DNA from: Octopus sinensis
Lineage: Eukaryota
NCBI RefSeq assembly: GCF_006345805.1
Contig: NC_043002.1
Span: 37,200,001 to 37,264,000 of the forward strand
Direction: 5' to 3'
DNA length: 64,000 nt
Both the position numbers and the translations under genes were made by a program. Under the pieces are notes generated by a model. It had not been told where the DNA came from. It saw only the letters and a list, made by a program, of their open reading frames with translations, and searched no databases. Shown piece by piece: positions 38,251 through 53,838 of the stretch; positions within the stretch are counted from its first letter, which is position 1; every line of letters starts with the position of its first letter.

Positions 38251-39137
38251 AATAATTATTATTATTATTATTATTATTATTATTTTCAAAGTGACAACTT
38301 GGCAGAATCATCAGTGCACCAGAGAAAATGCTTTGTGACTTTTCTCTCAGTTTTATGCTATGAGCTCAAATTTTACCAAGGTTGACTTTGCCTTTCATCC
38401 TTTCAGAGTCAATAAAATAAGTACCAGCTGAGCACTAGAGTAAATCTAATCAACTGACCCTCTTCCTCAGAATTGCAGGCCTTTTACCCAAATTTGAAAT
38501 ATCATTATTATTATATATTTCGGTTTTGCATTAATTTATACAAGTTACATCCGACTTTCAATCAGAAATGTCAAGGGACAAGATTTTGCATCTAAGGATG
38601 CTAAGCAATTATAAACACTGATGTTTGTGGTACAAAAAATAAAAGCACAGGGTAAGTTGCATTCATATGGAGAAGAATTTACATAAAATATGTGAAGTAC
38701 CCATAGGTATTTTTTGACTGCCAAGGATTTGGTCTATGCAATTGTTTGCTTGTTTGTTCCTCCTCCTCCTCCTCCTCCTCATCATCATCATTATCATCGT
38801 TGTCGCCGTCGTCGTAGTTATTATTATTATTATTATCTTCTTTCAATTTTGTTTCCATTTCTTGCCGAATGTCTTTCTAACTCCTAGAGCAAAGAAACTC
38901 ACTATATACATTGGTAGGGCATGAAAATAAACACACCAGTATTATTGTCCAACCCATGTTAGCATGGAGAGCGGACGTTAAACGATGATTATTATTATTA
39001 TTATTATTATTAATATTATTATTATTATTATTCACTCAAGTATTTGTATTGATTTAATCAACTAAACCTCTTATATGAAATTTGTTGTTTAGCACCTATG
39101 TTAGAAATTGCTGCTGCTGCTGCTGCTGCTGCTACTG

Positions 39138-39174
<37 letters not shown>

Positions 39175-40521
39175 AACAACAGCATATATATATGAAATAA
39201 ACATGGAATAGAATGAAAACAGAAAAGGCCAGTCACAATGTTGATAGAATAAGTACCAGGCTGAACTAAGTACTGAGGTTTGATGTGATCAATTAGGATA
39301 CTTAAAGACAGTACTTCACCATGGTTATAGTTCAATGTTAGACACCAGTAAATTAGGAAAATATAAAAATTCAAAAGCAAGCCTGACATAATGATAAATG
39401 AGAACCATGAGGTATTGTATTAAATACAATACTTCGCTGTATTTAGTACACTACTGTGAAGATTAAAGTCAAAGTTACTATTCCAGTCATCACAAGTGTT
39501 CTTTCTCAGAAAATATTAATCATTGATATAATATTTTAATTTAGCTGTGAGCAAGCATGCTAATATTTACCATGTCATTCATTGATTTCAATCAATCTTA
39601 ATTCATTTTTTTTTTTTTAGTAATTATAAGAAAGTAACTAAAATAAATTTTGCACAAACAAATATAACCTATGCAATGATGGATTTTTTTTCGTTTGTTT
39701 TTATTTTTATTGTTTCAATTTGTTTTTTTTTTTAGATTTTAATTAATTTTGTAAAACTGATTTTATGACCAATTTTCAATGAAAACATGGATTTAATATT
39801 TCTGAAAATTTACACAGTATCAGGAAATTAGAAAACCTTTTCTTTCTTTAGGTGAAAAACAAACAAAAAAAGCCAAAAAAAAAACCTAACAAAAAACAAA
39901 GTTTTGGAAACTGTAAGCTATAGCTATTCTATTTAACTAATTTTTAGGCTGTAAGATGGTCCTCAAGATAAAATTAAATGCTTATAAACTAAAGATTGGA
40001 TATTGACCTTGAAATACTAAACCAACAAATATTGGCTCCACATTTTGACGCAAGGCCAGAAATTTTAGAAGATGATGTAAGTCGATTAGATCGATCCCAG
40101 TGCTCAACTGGTACTTATTTTATCAACCCAAAAAGGACGAATGGCAAAGTCAACCCTGGCAGAATTGAAACACAGAATATAAAGATGGGTAAAATTCTGT
40201 TAAGCATTTTGTTTAGTGTGCTAATGATTCTGCCTTGCCTCTTAAAGCCAACGAATATTAAGAAACTCTAGGGACAGTTGAACAGCTGAAGGTCTTACAT
40301 GGAAGTGTTTGGGCCCTTAACTCTTTACATTCCAAAAGAGCTGGGTTGCATTCAGGTTATGGCTCCTGGATGCCCCTTGGCTGTCACATTTTGGCAACTG
40401 GCTGTATTACAAGTGTTAAAGTTTGAAAAATTCTCTAAGCACACGAGTACGAAACTTCTCAGAAATAGTATACTAATGTACTGATATATGTTCGTTCGTT
40501 TGTTCGTATGTACGTACATAC

Positions 40522-40564
<43 letters not shown>

Positions 40565-41229
40565 AATGTGTGTGTGTGTGTGCACGTGTATGTGTGTGTG
40601 AGGGTGTGTGTATGGGTATATACACATATATAAGCATACTAATGAAATGACTTACACATCACCTTTAACTAAATTAGTTTAATAACTACTATTAATATCA
40701 TATAATTATTATATAGTTGATAATGTTTTTGTGAGTCATGGAAATAATGGAAGGAAAATACGAAATTTTAAAATATCAATGAGATTTTCTTTCTGTTCTT
40801 CTTAATATATATGTATATATATGAGTGTGTAAATGTATGTATATGTGAGTATGTATATACATATATAATATTCTTTTTTTATTTATGTGCCCTTTTCAAG
40901 CCTAGCCAGGCTCATGGGTCTGGTTTCCCGGTTTCTATGGCATATGTGTTCCCTCCAGCTGGATGAGACACCAGTCCATTGCAGCATTACTCGAGAAACA
41001 GAAAGAAAGATTGAGAGAAAGTTGGGGCAAAAGAGTACAACAGGGGACGCCACCACTCCCTGCCAGAGCCTCGTGGAGCTTTAGGTGTTTTCACTCAATA
41101 AACACACACAATGCCCGGTCTGGGAATTGAAACCTCGATCCTCCGACAATGAGTCCACTGCCTTAACCACTGGGCCATTATGCCTCCACACACACACACA
41201 CACCCATGCATATGTTAAATGCTGCTATG

Positions 41230-42335
41230 ATGATATGGGATGGAATAGTTAGAATGTGTGTTAGGAAAATTAAGTTGAGACTAACTATAAACAAATCAAC
41301 AACAACGTTTGTCTCAGCATATACCCTACAGGTAAGACTGCTAGAAGATCAGAAGGATCGCTTCTGTGAGATCTTTCAGCAGATTACCTCAAGAACGACT
41401 GGCAATGCTTCATTTTTATGGTCAGCAACTTAAACAGACATGTTAGCCAACATGATGATGGCATAGATGGAATCTATGGATATGAATCAAGAAATGAGAT
41501 GTGCTTAAGGCTTCTGGATTCTGTGATACAACTCAACTAACGATTAGCATCACACAGTTTAAGAAACCAGCCAGTTACCTCATCACTTACTGGCCATCTG
41601 GCAAACACACTAGTCAGATAAATTACGTTCTCACCAGAAAACATGACAGAAGATCTATTGTAAATATCAAAACCATTCTTGCTGAAGAATGCAACATAGA
41701 TTACCGGAGTTAATCACATGATGGTATAGAGAAGGAAGATAGGGGAAGTAAAAGATATTACAGATGGGAAAAAGTTTAGAGAAATGTTAATTGATAAGTG
41801 TCTCATTAGAGAGAAAGATCTAGATTGAGAGGGAGGGCTGTAATGTGTGGTTGGAGCAAAGTCTTGGCTAAACCAAAGGAGAGGCTCAGGAAACTTGGAA
41901 GGAAGGTGTTAACAAGGAGCATTACCAAAAAGATAGAAGAGCAGCTTGGTGAAAGGTATATTTGGCTATGAGAGAGAGGGAGAGAGAGAGAGAGAGATGT
42001 AGTAAAGAAGAGATTTATGCCTGTCCTGCAACATGAGGATCAGAAACATGAAGTGTTCAGGATTGTGTGTGAGAGAATGTGTGACAGAGAACTAAGATGT
42101 CATTGACAAGATGTATATTTGGAAAGATGAGTACCACTGATAAGGAAGACAAGATAATGGCATGTTAGTGCTATTATGAAAGGCTGCTGAATGTAGAGAA
42201 TGCATGGGATAAAGAAGGGCTACCTCATGGTAACCCTTTAGAGGGATCAGCAATTCAAGTCAACAGCAGCTTGGTAGATAAAGCGATTAAAGATATGAAG
42301 AGAGGGGAAGATGTGGGGCCATGTGGGTAATTGTA
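41230..42335 (+). pseudogene. Degraded RTE-clade LINE (AP endonuclease through RT-proximal region)
   Basis: IKLRLTINKSTTTFVSAYTLQ..EDQKDRF, TYWPSGKHTSQINYVLTR and EGSAIQVNSSLVDKAIKDMKRGEDVGPCG resemble the SAYAPQ, SQIDYIL and K..KAPGP motifs. Confidence 0.8.
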
Positions 42336-45300
42336 GGGGTTATTAATTTCATAGGTAGTTCAATCAGTCAGTTACCTGAGAGTACTAATGTAAAGGATCA
42401 CATGTGAACATAACAAAGACAATCTCAAAATTTGATGCATGATCATGTTGAGAACATGTAGTATAGCTGACATTGTATTGAGTAGTGTAATGGTAATTAT
42501 GCTAAGATATCAACCATGAATATGGAAACTCTGATTAACAAAGAACCAAAGTAGATATTTTTCAGAAAACTAATTCAGCTCTTTACTATTTTGCCAACTT
42601 ATAATTGCAAAAGTTAAAAAAAAATAAACTAATGAAAATCATTCATGAGTGTTTGTTTTGTTTTCATCATTTTGATTGCTCGCTTGTTGGCACTTTAAGA
42701 AAGTGAAAAATAAGTAAATATGAAAAAAAGTAAAAATTCAATATTCTATACATGCTTATGAACAACTGTGTGAAAGTGAAAGTCATCAATTTCTTTCCTT
42801 TTTTTTTTTTAAAATTAAAGAAACATGATTTTATCAAGTAATTTGACATTAACTGAGTATAAGATAATTAGTAAACTATCCCACTTGGGAACCAGGGAAA
42901 TTAGATTCAGTTGAAGCCTGAAGGTAAAACCTCACCAGTATTGTCTGCTGTTGTCAACTGGTGAATTGGAGATGAATTGCCATAAAAACATCCAACTGAG
43001 TTAGTAATTTGTGCTTTAAGTTGACACTAAATCGTTGATACATTTGGGGGTTCTAACTACAGACTAGTCATTTGAACTTTCAGCATCGTTTGACAACATG
43101 CATCTGTAGTTACAACTAAACTAATTGCTATTAGATCAATCAGCAGAGTAGCAGTAAATACTTGTGTATCAGTGGTTTTAAAAGTTAATGTACTGCTCTT
43201 ATCCACGTCAAGATCCATTTTTTGTTGTGTTGTGGTGGATTGTGTGCCACAATGACCCAGTCAGCTATGCCAGCAGAGCATGAACTTTCCATGATGGACA
43301 GGTCAAAGGACAGATGCCAGACTAATATTGACCATCTCTTCCCAGAAGTAAAAATGGGTTTGCATTGAGCTAACATCCTGTGTAGAAAAAGCAGTTACAG
43401 AAGGGTTGATGACAATTCAAAACCTACAAGATCTGAGAGAAGAAGGAAACCAACATCTTGTACTACACATCAGGCTCTGACCTACAACCCACCAGGGAGG
43501 CAGGGGAGGGAATGTACTAAAAATAGTTTGAAGTGGGATACTGAGGCACAGTGAAAAAAGCAGGGATCCAACAAGAGAGGTGCAGGAAAGACAGTTCAGA
43601 GTTGAAGGCAGTAAAGAAAAGTCATCAATAGCTTATGTCCATTCAGTAACAAAAGGCCTTAAGTGAAGTGACTGTTATTATTGTCTGTGATTCTGGATAA
43701 AATGCCTGCCATAAGTATTTATGGACCCTTCCATTGAAGACAATGACTGAAAGTTCAGCTTTTGCTGAACGACTGGCACAAATGATGTTTTTATAGTGAT
43801 CAAGTATATATGCTGTACATTAACTCACTTCTTCCGTCAAATCGATGTTGTCTGGATAGGTGCACAGTGTGTCAGGTATCAGGTGCTGGAGTGATCTCAG
43901 TGCAATGTGAGATGAAGTGTTTTGCTCAGGAACACAACACACCACTTGATCTATGAATTGAAACCACGATCTCGTGATCATGAGTGCATGCTATTGTTAT
44001 TTTTTTTAGCTACAGTTCATCTCAGACTGGAGAAGACCTTTGATTAAAAGTGCTCTATTCATGATTATCTTTTCTTTTTCTCCAGCATTGTGTATGTAGG
44101 ACTATATTGTTCAATGTGTGATTTGAGAGAGATTTGGCTGCTATTTCAAGCAGGTCAAATGGCCATGTAGATTATGTGTTCTTAATTGAGGGTAAGATAA
44201 GAAGTATGGAAACCAAAGACTGATGGATATCAGATTTGATCTCTAATATAATTTTCTTCCCTTATTATCCATATTCAAAATAAAACCAAACTATGGACGT
44301 TTTCTGAAGTCATACTATCAAGAGGATGTCTATTATGGCTGCATGGCATATTGGATAACCTTTGTTTAGTTTAGAATCATAAAAATGTTATGAAAATCTG
44401 ATCTCGAGGCCCTTTGCTTGCTCATGTCTACTTCAGTGCCTTCTTTTGTAGTTCTCTTTACAAGAAACTTAAAAGTACAAATAATTAGTTTCAAACATAA
44501 ATGACTTTTCTTCCTCTTTCTCAAATGCTTAATGTAAAAAAAGAATACTGACCAACCTTATTATACTATGGGGAGTTCAGAGTAAGATGATATATTGACT
44601 ATAGTTTATAATTTTTACACACACTCACACCTGAAAATACATTTTGTTGGTAATCCCTTGGGGCTGATGATAACTGGTACATATTTAAGTATCTTGATGT
44701 AAAAGTATTTACCTAAACAATTCATATGCATGAATCATTATTTTAAGAACATTAAAAAAAAGTCAAACCTAAACCCATTTCATGAAAAACAAAGAGGGAT
44801 GTAAAAGTACCAAAAATAATATTTTTTTTTTACCTGGTATCTATCATCATGGTATGACTCATGCCAAAAATATACACCTATTACAGTTGTATAGCAAACT
44901 AATTCCAGAGCATGGAAAACATATTCTGTCTTTGTTTATTTATCTGATGCCATTTCACAAAGTCATGAAGTGGAATTGAGATATAATAATAATAATAGTA
45001 ATAATAATAATAATATTGGTTTCATTTATAATAATATATGTATGTATGTAGTGTATCCTGTTGAGTCATTGCTGCCCACATGTTGACTGTTAAACACTTT
45101 AAATGTATCTTCTTTTACATGTACTACTGTTCAAGTTTATAAGATCACTTTTTCTGATTCATAAGGAACTGCTTCTGTTAGAAATGTTACGTGATCTACA
45201 TGCAAATGTTTAGCACTTTTAGACTACTCCAAGTCCCACGATAAACAATTCACACCACAAAAGCCGTTCTGATATGCTCATATAATTTGAATTAAATTAT

Positions 45301-45882
45301 TCCAACATTTTTGTATAAGAATGTTTTATGTTCTAAACACTTGTGTAATATATTGGTTTAACATTTTGACATAAGGTTGGCATGTTTTGGAAAATTGGTA
45401 AGTCAACTATATCAACCACACTGCTCAACTGGTACCTATTTTATTGATCCCAAATGGATGAAAGGCAAAATCAATCTTGGTGGAATTTGAACACAGAATG
45501 CAAGGGACAGATGAAAAGTTGCTAAGCATTTTGCCCAGCATGCTAACAATTCCACCTGCTCACCATCCTACATTAACGGATGTATGAGCCAATGAGGGAG
45601 CCTTTATGTAGCCTTTTTCAAGCTGCTAAAAGCAACATCCCAAATCTCCTGCAGATCATGATACATTCATTTAAATCTATATTTTTGACAGATGTCTACC
45701 CCTCACTGACTATTGGGCATTATGCCTTATCAAAGGCATTTCCACAGATTGACAGCTGTTTAGTGTAGTGTCTCACACTTTCTTAACTAAGAACGTCTGT
45801 AGATATCACACTAACAAATCCAAATTACATCTTATTGAAGCTAATACTTCAGTTCCTATTGACTTGTGCTAATACTCTTTCT

Positions 45883-46115
45883 TATTTCTTTATTGCTCAC
45901 AAGGGGCTAAACACAGAGGGGAGAAACAAGGACAGACAAATGGATTAAGTCGATTATATTGACCCCAGTGCATAACTAGCACTTATTTAATCGACCCTGA
46001 AAGGATGAAAGGCAAAGTTGACCTTGGTGGAATTTGAACTCAGGATGTAGCGGCAGACAAAATACCACTAAGCATTTCGCCCAGCATGCTAACGCTTCTG
46101 CCAGCTCACCGCCTT
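45883..46115 (-). mobile_element. Meta-like SINE with 19-bp TSD
   Basis: TSD ttgtgctaatactctttct at 45864-45882 and 46116-46134. Confidence 0.9.
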
Positions 46116-46134
46116 TTGTGCTAATACTCTTTCT

Positions 46135-47555
46135 ATCAAGTCCCTAACTTGATCCCTCAGTCTGATGTCTCTGTAACTGCTTCTTTCTAGAATGTCTTCT
46201 TTGTCCTTGTCTCAACTAATGATACTGCAATGCCAGTCATTGTCTATGACATTGCTATGTGTAATCTGATTCACTGTAGGAACTAGTACATGGCCTGCTT
46301 CAGATATTTTCAGCATGTGATTGACCATCCTCAATAACTCCTTTATTTTCCCTACCTTCATACCTTCAACCATGCTTTTGGCCATATAACTGTGACCTTC
46401 AATAGTTGTTGTGTTTACATGGGATAATTCTCTCTCTCTCTCTACTATGTATTTCTGTAAATGAGTAATTTTCCATTCCCCTTCTTGGCATGACCAAAAT
46501 CAGGTGTACTGCTCTAATTTCATTTACACTTTACTCCAATAATTTGCACAAACACACTGCTTTGAAATACAAAATTCTTCACACCATTGATATTCTTATT
46601 GCAGAACATTGGCAAACCTCTTACTTTCAGTCTAACTTCATTCTATATGACCCTGATATCTAGTTTCTTTTCTAGTTACTTGATATTGTTCCTGGGTTCT
46701 CCTCTTCTAATTTTTCCTAGTCTATCTCTCTTAGTTTTATAACTTCTATTGTACCATTTCACTACCAAATCAACTTCTGCAGCAGTTTATTTTGTTGAAC
46801 CTCTCAGTCATTTGCCTGCATTATGAATCTCTACCTCCCACTCTTTTTCCATCATATACACCAACTATTCTTCCTTTAGTTTATGTCATACTAAGGGAAG
46901 TTGGTGAATTTACTGGGTAGTTCTCTAAACTTTGTGTTGAATATGGGTGGATCATTTGCATCATTGTCTAAAATTGTTACCAAAAGTCAAAGACCAGAAT
47001 CATTCATCTCATCTTGAATGTCTATATTTAATTTTTAGTTAATTAAAATTTTCTTGAAATTTCATACTTGCTCTTTCTGTAAACAAACTTTTATTAATGC
47101 TAATGAATTTTAGTCTCATTGGGGTTGTAATTTTAATTGATTAGAAAAGAAATTATTTTCATTAGACCTCAAGAATCACATCTATACTATCTTTGGAATA
47201 TGTGTGTGTGTGTGTGTGTGTTTGTGTGTGTGTTAAGCAGTAAGGAGAAAAAGAAGTCGACATGGGAGTCTTGATCCCTTCTCATATCCATAGCTTCCAT
47301 GTACATCGAAACTACCATTATGATAATATCCAACCTGCCCATTAAATTTCCCTACCTTGATAATAAGGATGTTGTCATATTGTTGTCACAGTTGCTGATA
47401 AAAGGGTCTAATTCAAATGGCTCTTTAGACCATCTGTCATTTCGGATTGATGGTGGAAGGTATATGCAGATATCACTGCTGTTATTGTGTAGCTTATAAT
47501 GAGTTTTAAATTCAATTGCTTTCATACTACCTATCTCAGTTACTCTGTTCATTTC
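46135..47555 (-). pseudogene. Degraded RTE-like LINE fragments
   Basis: The minus strand at 46135-46400 gives DWHCSIIS*DKDKEDILERSSYRDIRLRDQV (RT-proximal DW..SII..YKGKGD..NYRGI.L). The segment at ~47250-47555 is weakly endonuclease-like. Confidence 0.65.
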
Positions 47556-49274
47556 TCAGTCAACGATATATATATATATATACTCCACCTATTCCAGCAT
47601 TGTTACCCACCAAGAAGAATTTGTATCTCTCTACCTTGCATAAGAGGAGTCCAATTAAGTCCCCATAAATATATTTAATGTACACTGTAGAATTACTTCT
47701 ACTTGCGTCTACTCAAGCATCTCTTCAATCTGAATTATATCTATCATACATCATGCTAAAATTGATAGAGGCAGCCCTGAGGTGTTGCCACTGACAAAAA
47801 GAGGAAACTTTCCAGTAATGGTCAGGCTGTTTGATGACAATTTTCTGCATCTGAAGAGGAGAGAATTTGTACAATTATATAACATTTGAGAAGGTCTCAC
47901 AGACAGTCAGATATTCTCACCTGATGACTCCACAAATGTGTGTAACAGTAACTTAGTCCTGTATACACAATTAGGAGTTTGCATTATATTTTGTGTGCAT
48001 ATATCTGTAAGCTCTTTCTTATCGAGACATAACAACCACCTTATTATGAATGTCATTGGAAAACAAGACAAAATAATCTCCTGTTTGATTTCTCTCAGTT
48101 AATGATAATTGTGCACCATTACAACTGTTTCCTTCCACACATTCTTTCCAACCAATAGAACCACCAAAATATTAGGTGCCACAGTTTTTATTTTTATTTG
48201 TCTTGTTTACTTGATGGATTGTTTGAATGTCTGCTCTGGTATCTCAGAAACTAATGAAGCTAGGAATCTCAAACTTGATTATTTTAAATTCTTTTTCTTT
48301 CTAATTTTTATCAATGAATATGAAGAGAAATTATTCTTGCGCTTGTTTCTGGAAAATATTGCTATTTTAGAAATTCAATTAAATATTAAATATGTGACCC
48401 AGCTCTCTCTGTTTAATGCTATGTCCTAGGCAAGCTACAGGTAGCTGTAAAATCCAATTAGTTATCCCAAAAAGTGAAATGCAATAGAAATACATTTGTA
48501 CATATAGTCATGTGGCAACACATTAGCTATTTGAAAGTTACAACAATAGTATTTGTACATATTTTATGCAAACATATGTCTCAAACATTCATATTTCTCT
48601 ATCTAACTGTCTATCAATGTCTATCTATATATAAGTATTGTGTTTGACACTATAATATGTATTAGGTTGCTTATATAGTGCATGATTAGTGTATATAAGT
48701 GTGCAAGCCTACAAAGCAAGCTATTGTGCATGTGAGTCTACATGTATGTATGGGTGTAAGATAGAGTATGTTTGTGCAAGAAAATGTAATATAATACACA
48801 CATACACACACACATATATATATAGATGAAAAGGGGTTAGAAGTCCATACAAATCAAAAATTATGGTTAAAAAAGTAAATAAAGTTGGAAAAGGCAGAAA
48901 AGTATATTTTAGAGAATGTTTGATATTTTTGTTACCGTGAGTGATTTAATATATATATATATATTTTTTTTATGCGCCCTTTTCAAGCCTAGCCAGGCTC
49001 ATGGGCCTGGGTTCCTGGTTTCTGTGGCGTATGTGTTCCCCCCAGCTGGATGGGATGCCAGTCCATCGCAGCATTACTCGAAAAACAGGAAGAAAGAGTG
49101 AGAGAAAGTTGGGGCAAAAGAGTACAACAGGGGTCGCCACCCCACCCTGCCGGAGCCTCATGGAGCTTTAGGTGTTTTCACTCAATAAACACGCACAACG
49201 CCCGGTCTGGGAATCAAAACTGCGATCCTCTGACTGCGAATCTGCTGCACTAACCACTGGGCTATTGCACCTCC

Positions 49275-49317
<43 letters not shown>

Positions 49318-50022
49318 AATTGAGATAGGGGTTGTAAATGCAACCCTCCATGGGATAACATATATCCAATATACTGCTAGTGAAGTACCCAACAAAGTTA
49401 ATACATAAATGTTAATGATTGCGATGCAATCAATTCATTTACTGTATTATATGGGCAAAGGTAAAATGATTTACCACAAATTACTAATACAAGATAAGAA
49501 AATGGAGAAATACATCTAAATCAAATATCAATTATCAGATAATACTCAATCACATACTTTATTAAACCACCACATAAGAGACTGTAGGGTTAAATATAAA
49601 AAGCAGAACAAATCAGTGTACATAAAGGAATGTACATAAAAAAGTGTACATAAAAGAGTAATGTTGTATAATAAGTAGAATATATCTTGTATATATATAT
49701 GTATATATCTAAAAATTTATATGAATATAAATGCACATGTATGTATGTATACATCTGTTTGTTGCCTACATCATCTGTCTTTGTCTTTTGTTTTTTTTTG
49801 TGAATTCTCCCCATATAGTACACGCTCATGTGGTCGCACCAGTTGATCCTGTCTCGTCTCATTACCCAAGGAACTATTACAGATTCTCTACCTGGGCTTT
49901 CTACTACACTTCAGCTGCACCTCTCCTGCCCATGGATTACACTGGACTCCTCTGTCTATGTATGTATGTATGTATGTATGTATGTATGTATGTATGTATG
50001 TATGTATGTATGTATGTATGTA

Positions 50023-50102
<80 letters not shown>

Positions 50103-50542
50103 ATGTGTGTGTGTGTATCAAGACTCTTCTTTTTAAGTGTTGAACTAATACAACATTTGACTTTTTCCATGTTGACTTCTTTTTCTCCTTACTGCTTGAC
50201 ATGCACACACACACGCATACACACACACACACTTATTCCAAAGAGAGTATAGATGTGATTCTTGAGGTCTAATGAAAATAATTTCTTTTCTAATCAATTA
50301 AAATTACAACCCCAATGAGACTAAAATTCATTAGCATTAATAAAAGTTTGTTTACAGAAGGAACAAGTATGAAATTTCAAGAAAATTTTAATTAACTAAA
50401 AATTAAATATAGATATTCAAGATGAGAGGAATGACTCTGGTCTTTGACTTTTGGTAACAATTTTAGACATCTTTTAATATCATTGAACCTCTTTAGTAAC
50501 ATATTATCCACACAATAACTATCAAGAAGCAGGATTTTGTGG

Positions 50543-50589
<47 letters not shown>

Positions 50590-50669
50590 TATATATATGT
50601 ATATACATACGTATGTTAAATATAATGGCCGCAGCCATCGGGCTAAAACATTTTAAGGATTTATATATG

Positions 50670-50746
<77 letters not shown>

Positions 50747-51179
50747 ATATACACACACACATGCATATTATCATTTTTATTTCTATCTTCAGTCAAGTAT
50801 GGGTCGTCAGGATTCTCTCGTAACACTTATCATTTTGTACTTTGAGAGTTTGTGCTTTCCCTGTCATACTTTAGCCTCTCAACACCTGGCATGAAACTAC
50901 CTGCCCCTCTCTGAAATACTCTCCCCCCACTTAGTCAAGTGGGCTTGTCTTTTCCATTTCTTGTCTTGTAAATTATTTGGCAACCTTGCTGAAAAATGCA
51001 CCCAGCACCACACTGTAAAATGGTTGGTATAAGGAGGGGCATTCAGCAGGGAAAACCATACCAAAGGTGACATTGGAGTTCAACACAATCCAACTGCTCA
51101 CCATCCAACCCATACCAGTCAACGCATATCATCTTGGAAAGCAGATGTAAGACGATGATGATGGTGATATGAGAATGTA

Positions 51180-51219
<40 letters not shown>

Positions 51220-53587
51220 TTAGACACGTGTGTGTGTGTGTGTGTGTGTGTTTGTGTATTTGCTTCCATTATGAAGAATTACTTTTGTTGTTATTATTTT
51301 CAAATAATTAAATTAATCAATAACCCATAAAATGAAATCAAGATATTATAAATAATTGAATTATGGAAAAATCTATTGACCCTATTTAAAAGGGAAACAC
51401 CTAAGAAATTAAAGCACCATTTGAATAGAATGGAATAAGAACCAATTTCAGTATTGTTGTCATAGCAACATTATACATCTGACTTCATTCTTGAAGTGTG
51501 TTTTATTTTTTATTCTGATAAAATCCATTATTATTGAAAATTAATATTGCACTAAGAATTGTTTAGGGAGAATATAAAATAGAAATGAATCTGAAAATGT
51601 TAATCAGAATAACTTATTGCTATTGTGTTGAAGAATTTGGATTTTCTGTTTATTTATTTATTTAGTCTTCATTAAAGGAAGTCTAAAACCATTATTTGGC
51701 TTGTTGGTACTTGATTCTTTGCATTCTACAAATGGTTTCACTTAAATGAAGGAAGAATTTGGTGCATGAATGAGTTAGAGTAGTACCACTGCTCTCCTAA
51801 CACACATAGATATGAGAAAATGAAATTAAAATATCATACCCAGTACTTGACTGGTACTTTATTTTATTGACCTGGGATGGACAAACAGTAAAGTTGATCT
51901 TAAAATGATGTCACTTGGGAAATGAGATACTTAGGAACTGTTGTCTGAAATCATGGATTCTTAATTACCTGTGTCTATTGTAGATTTTGAGCTTGTTGTT
52001 CACCCTGTATTAAAATTAATCAAGTAGCTAAAAGACATTCTAATGTTAAATATGTCTCTTTAGTGAACTGTATTATCTAATGTGTCTTTTCCTTATTCAA
52101 GATATAATGAAGTGATATGAGGGAGGTTCAGCTGCCATTTCGAATTGACCAAATGACCACATAAAGGTTCACCATTGTTGTAATGGTGTTCTATTGGGAG
52201 AGCTTTTTCCTTTTCTGGTGGGTAGGGTGGCTGGGGAATGCCAATGTGCTGCATTTGAGCAGTAAATAAAAGCTGATCGGAATTGTAAATACCCGTATAT
52301 ACAGTTTTCTTTATAGCGGTTATTATTATTGCTTAGTCCCGGATCAGTCATAATTAAACCAATCTATGAGTAAATATATTCCATACATTATGATTTTATT
52401 CTTTTGTTTAGTTCTGAGAACTCAAAATCACATTGTCCTTCCTTATAAGATATTTGTTATGCACCAAGTGAAAGATACTCACTTGTCACTCTTATGAAAT
52501 AAAATGTCATGATTCTTTTACTCTTTTACTCGTTTCAGCCATTTGACTGTGGCCTTGCTGGAGCACCACCTTTAGTCAAGCAAATTGCCCCCCAGGACTT
52601 ATTCTTTGTAAGCCTAGTACTTATTCTATCAGTCTCTTTTGCTGAACCGCTAAGTTACGTCCCCGTAAACACACCAGCATCAGTTGTCAGGCGATGTTGG
52701 TGGGGACAAACACAGACACACAAACATATACACACACACATACATACACACATATATATACATATATATACGATGGGCTTCTTTCAGTTTCCATCTACCA
52801 AATCCACTCAGAAGGCTTTGGTTGGCCTGAGGCTATAGTAGAAGACACTTGCCCAAGGTGCCACACAGTAGGACTGAACCCGGTACCATGTGGTTGGTAA
52901 GCAAGCTACTTAACACACAGCCACTCCTACGCCTTTTTTTGGGGGGGAAACCTTTAACCAATGGCACTATTTTTCTAATTGCAATATAAAATAAATAAAA
53001 TAGTACAGCCAGCAGTCACTTACAAACAAGTGTAGCTTGATAACATGTACCTTGCTTGTCCTAATAGTTTTCAGTGTCAACGTAATTGCAAGCAGACAAA
53101 GACACCTCCTCATACCTCTCAACCATGACCCAATGGAACACAGGTGGGAGGAGAGAGAACTGCATCAGTAACTGACTGGTACTCATTTACAGCTAAGTAG
53201 ACTGGAACAAACTGATGCACAGTGCTTTGTTTATGAATACAATGTGTCAACTGCTCCAAGAATTGCATTTATGACTTAATGATCATGAGTTCATCACCTT
53301 AATCACTCGGCATATGAATCTTGTTAATTCTCAACATGAGAAACATCCTTTGACATCAATTTTTCTATGCTTCTGTTGCTCAGACAGAATTTGTTGAGGC
53401 AGATTCTGTGCAGCTGGATGCCCTTCCTGTCGCCCACCCTCACTTGCTTCCAAGCAAGATAATATTTCCCAATGGCCAGATATTTTTTTTTAAGAAAACT
53501 AGAAATGAAGAACATTGCTTGTGTTTTGTGACAGTAATGCTCATTTACAATCATGATATCAAGACAAGGGTATGCATACAGCACACA

Positions 53588-53638
<51 letters not shown>

Positions 53639-53807
53639 AGAGGATCACATATCTGGGAGGTACAGGGTTCAATTCTCTGTACCCACCTTCTGGCAACTCT
53701 TTTCCATCTTCTAGGGGCATTTACTTTTTTTTACCGTTTTCACAGCTATCTTGCATTTGAAATTTACTTTATATACATAAGGATCATGTCATGTATGTAT
53801 GTATATA

Positions 53808-53838
<31 letters not shown>

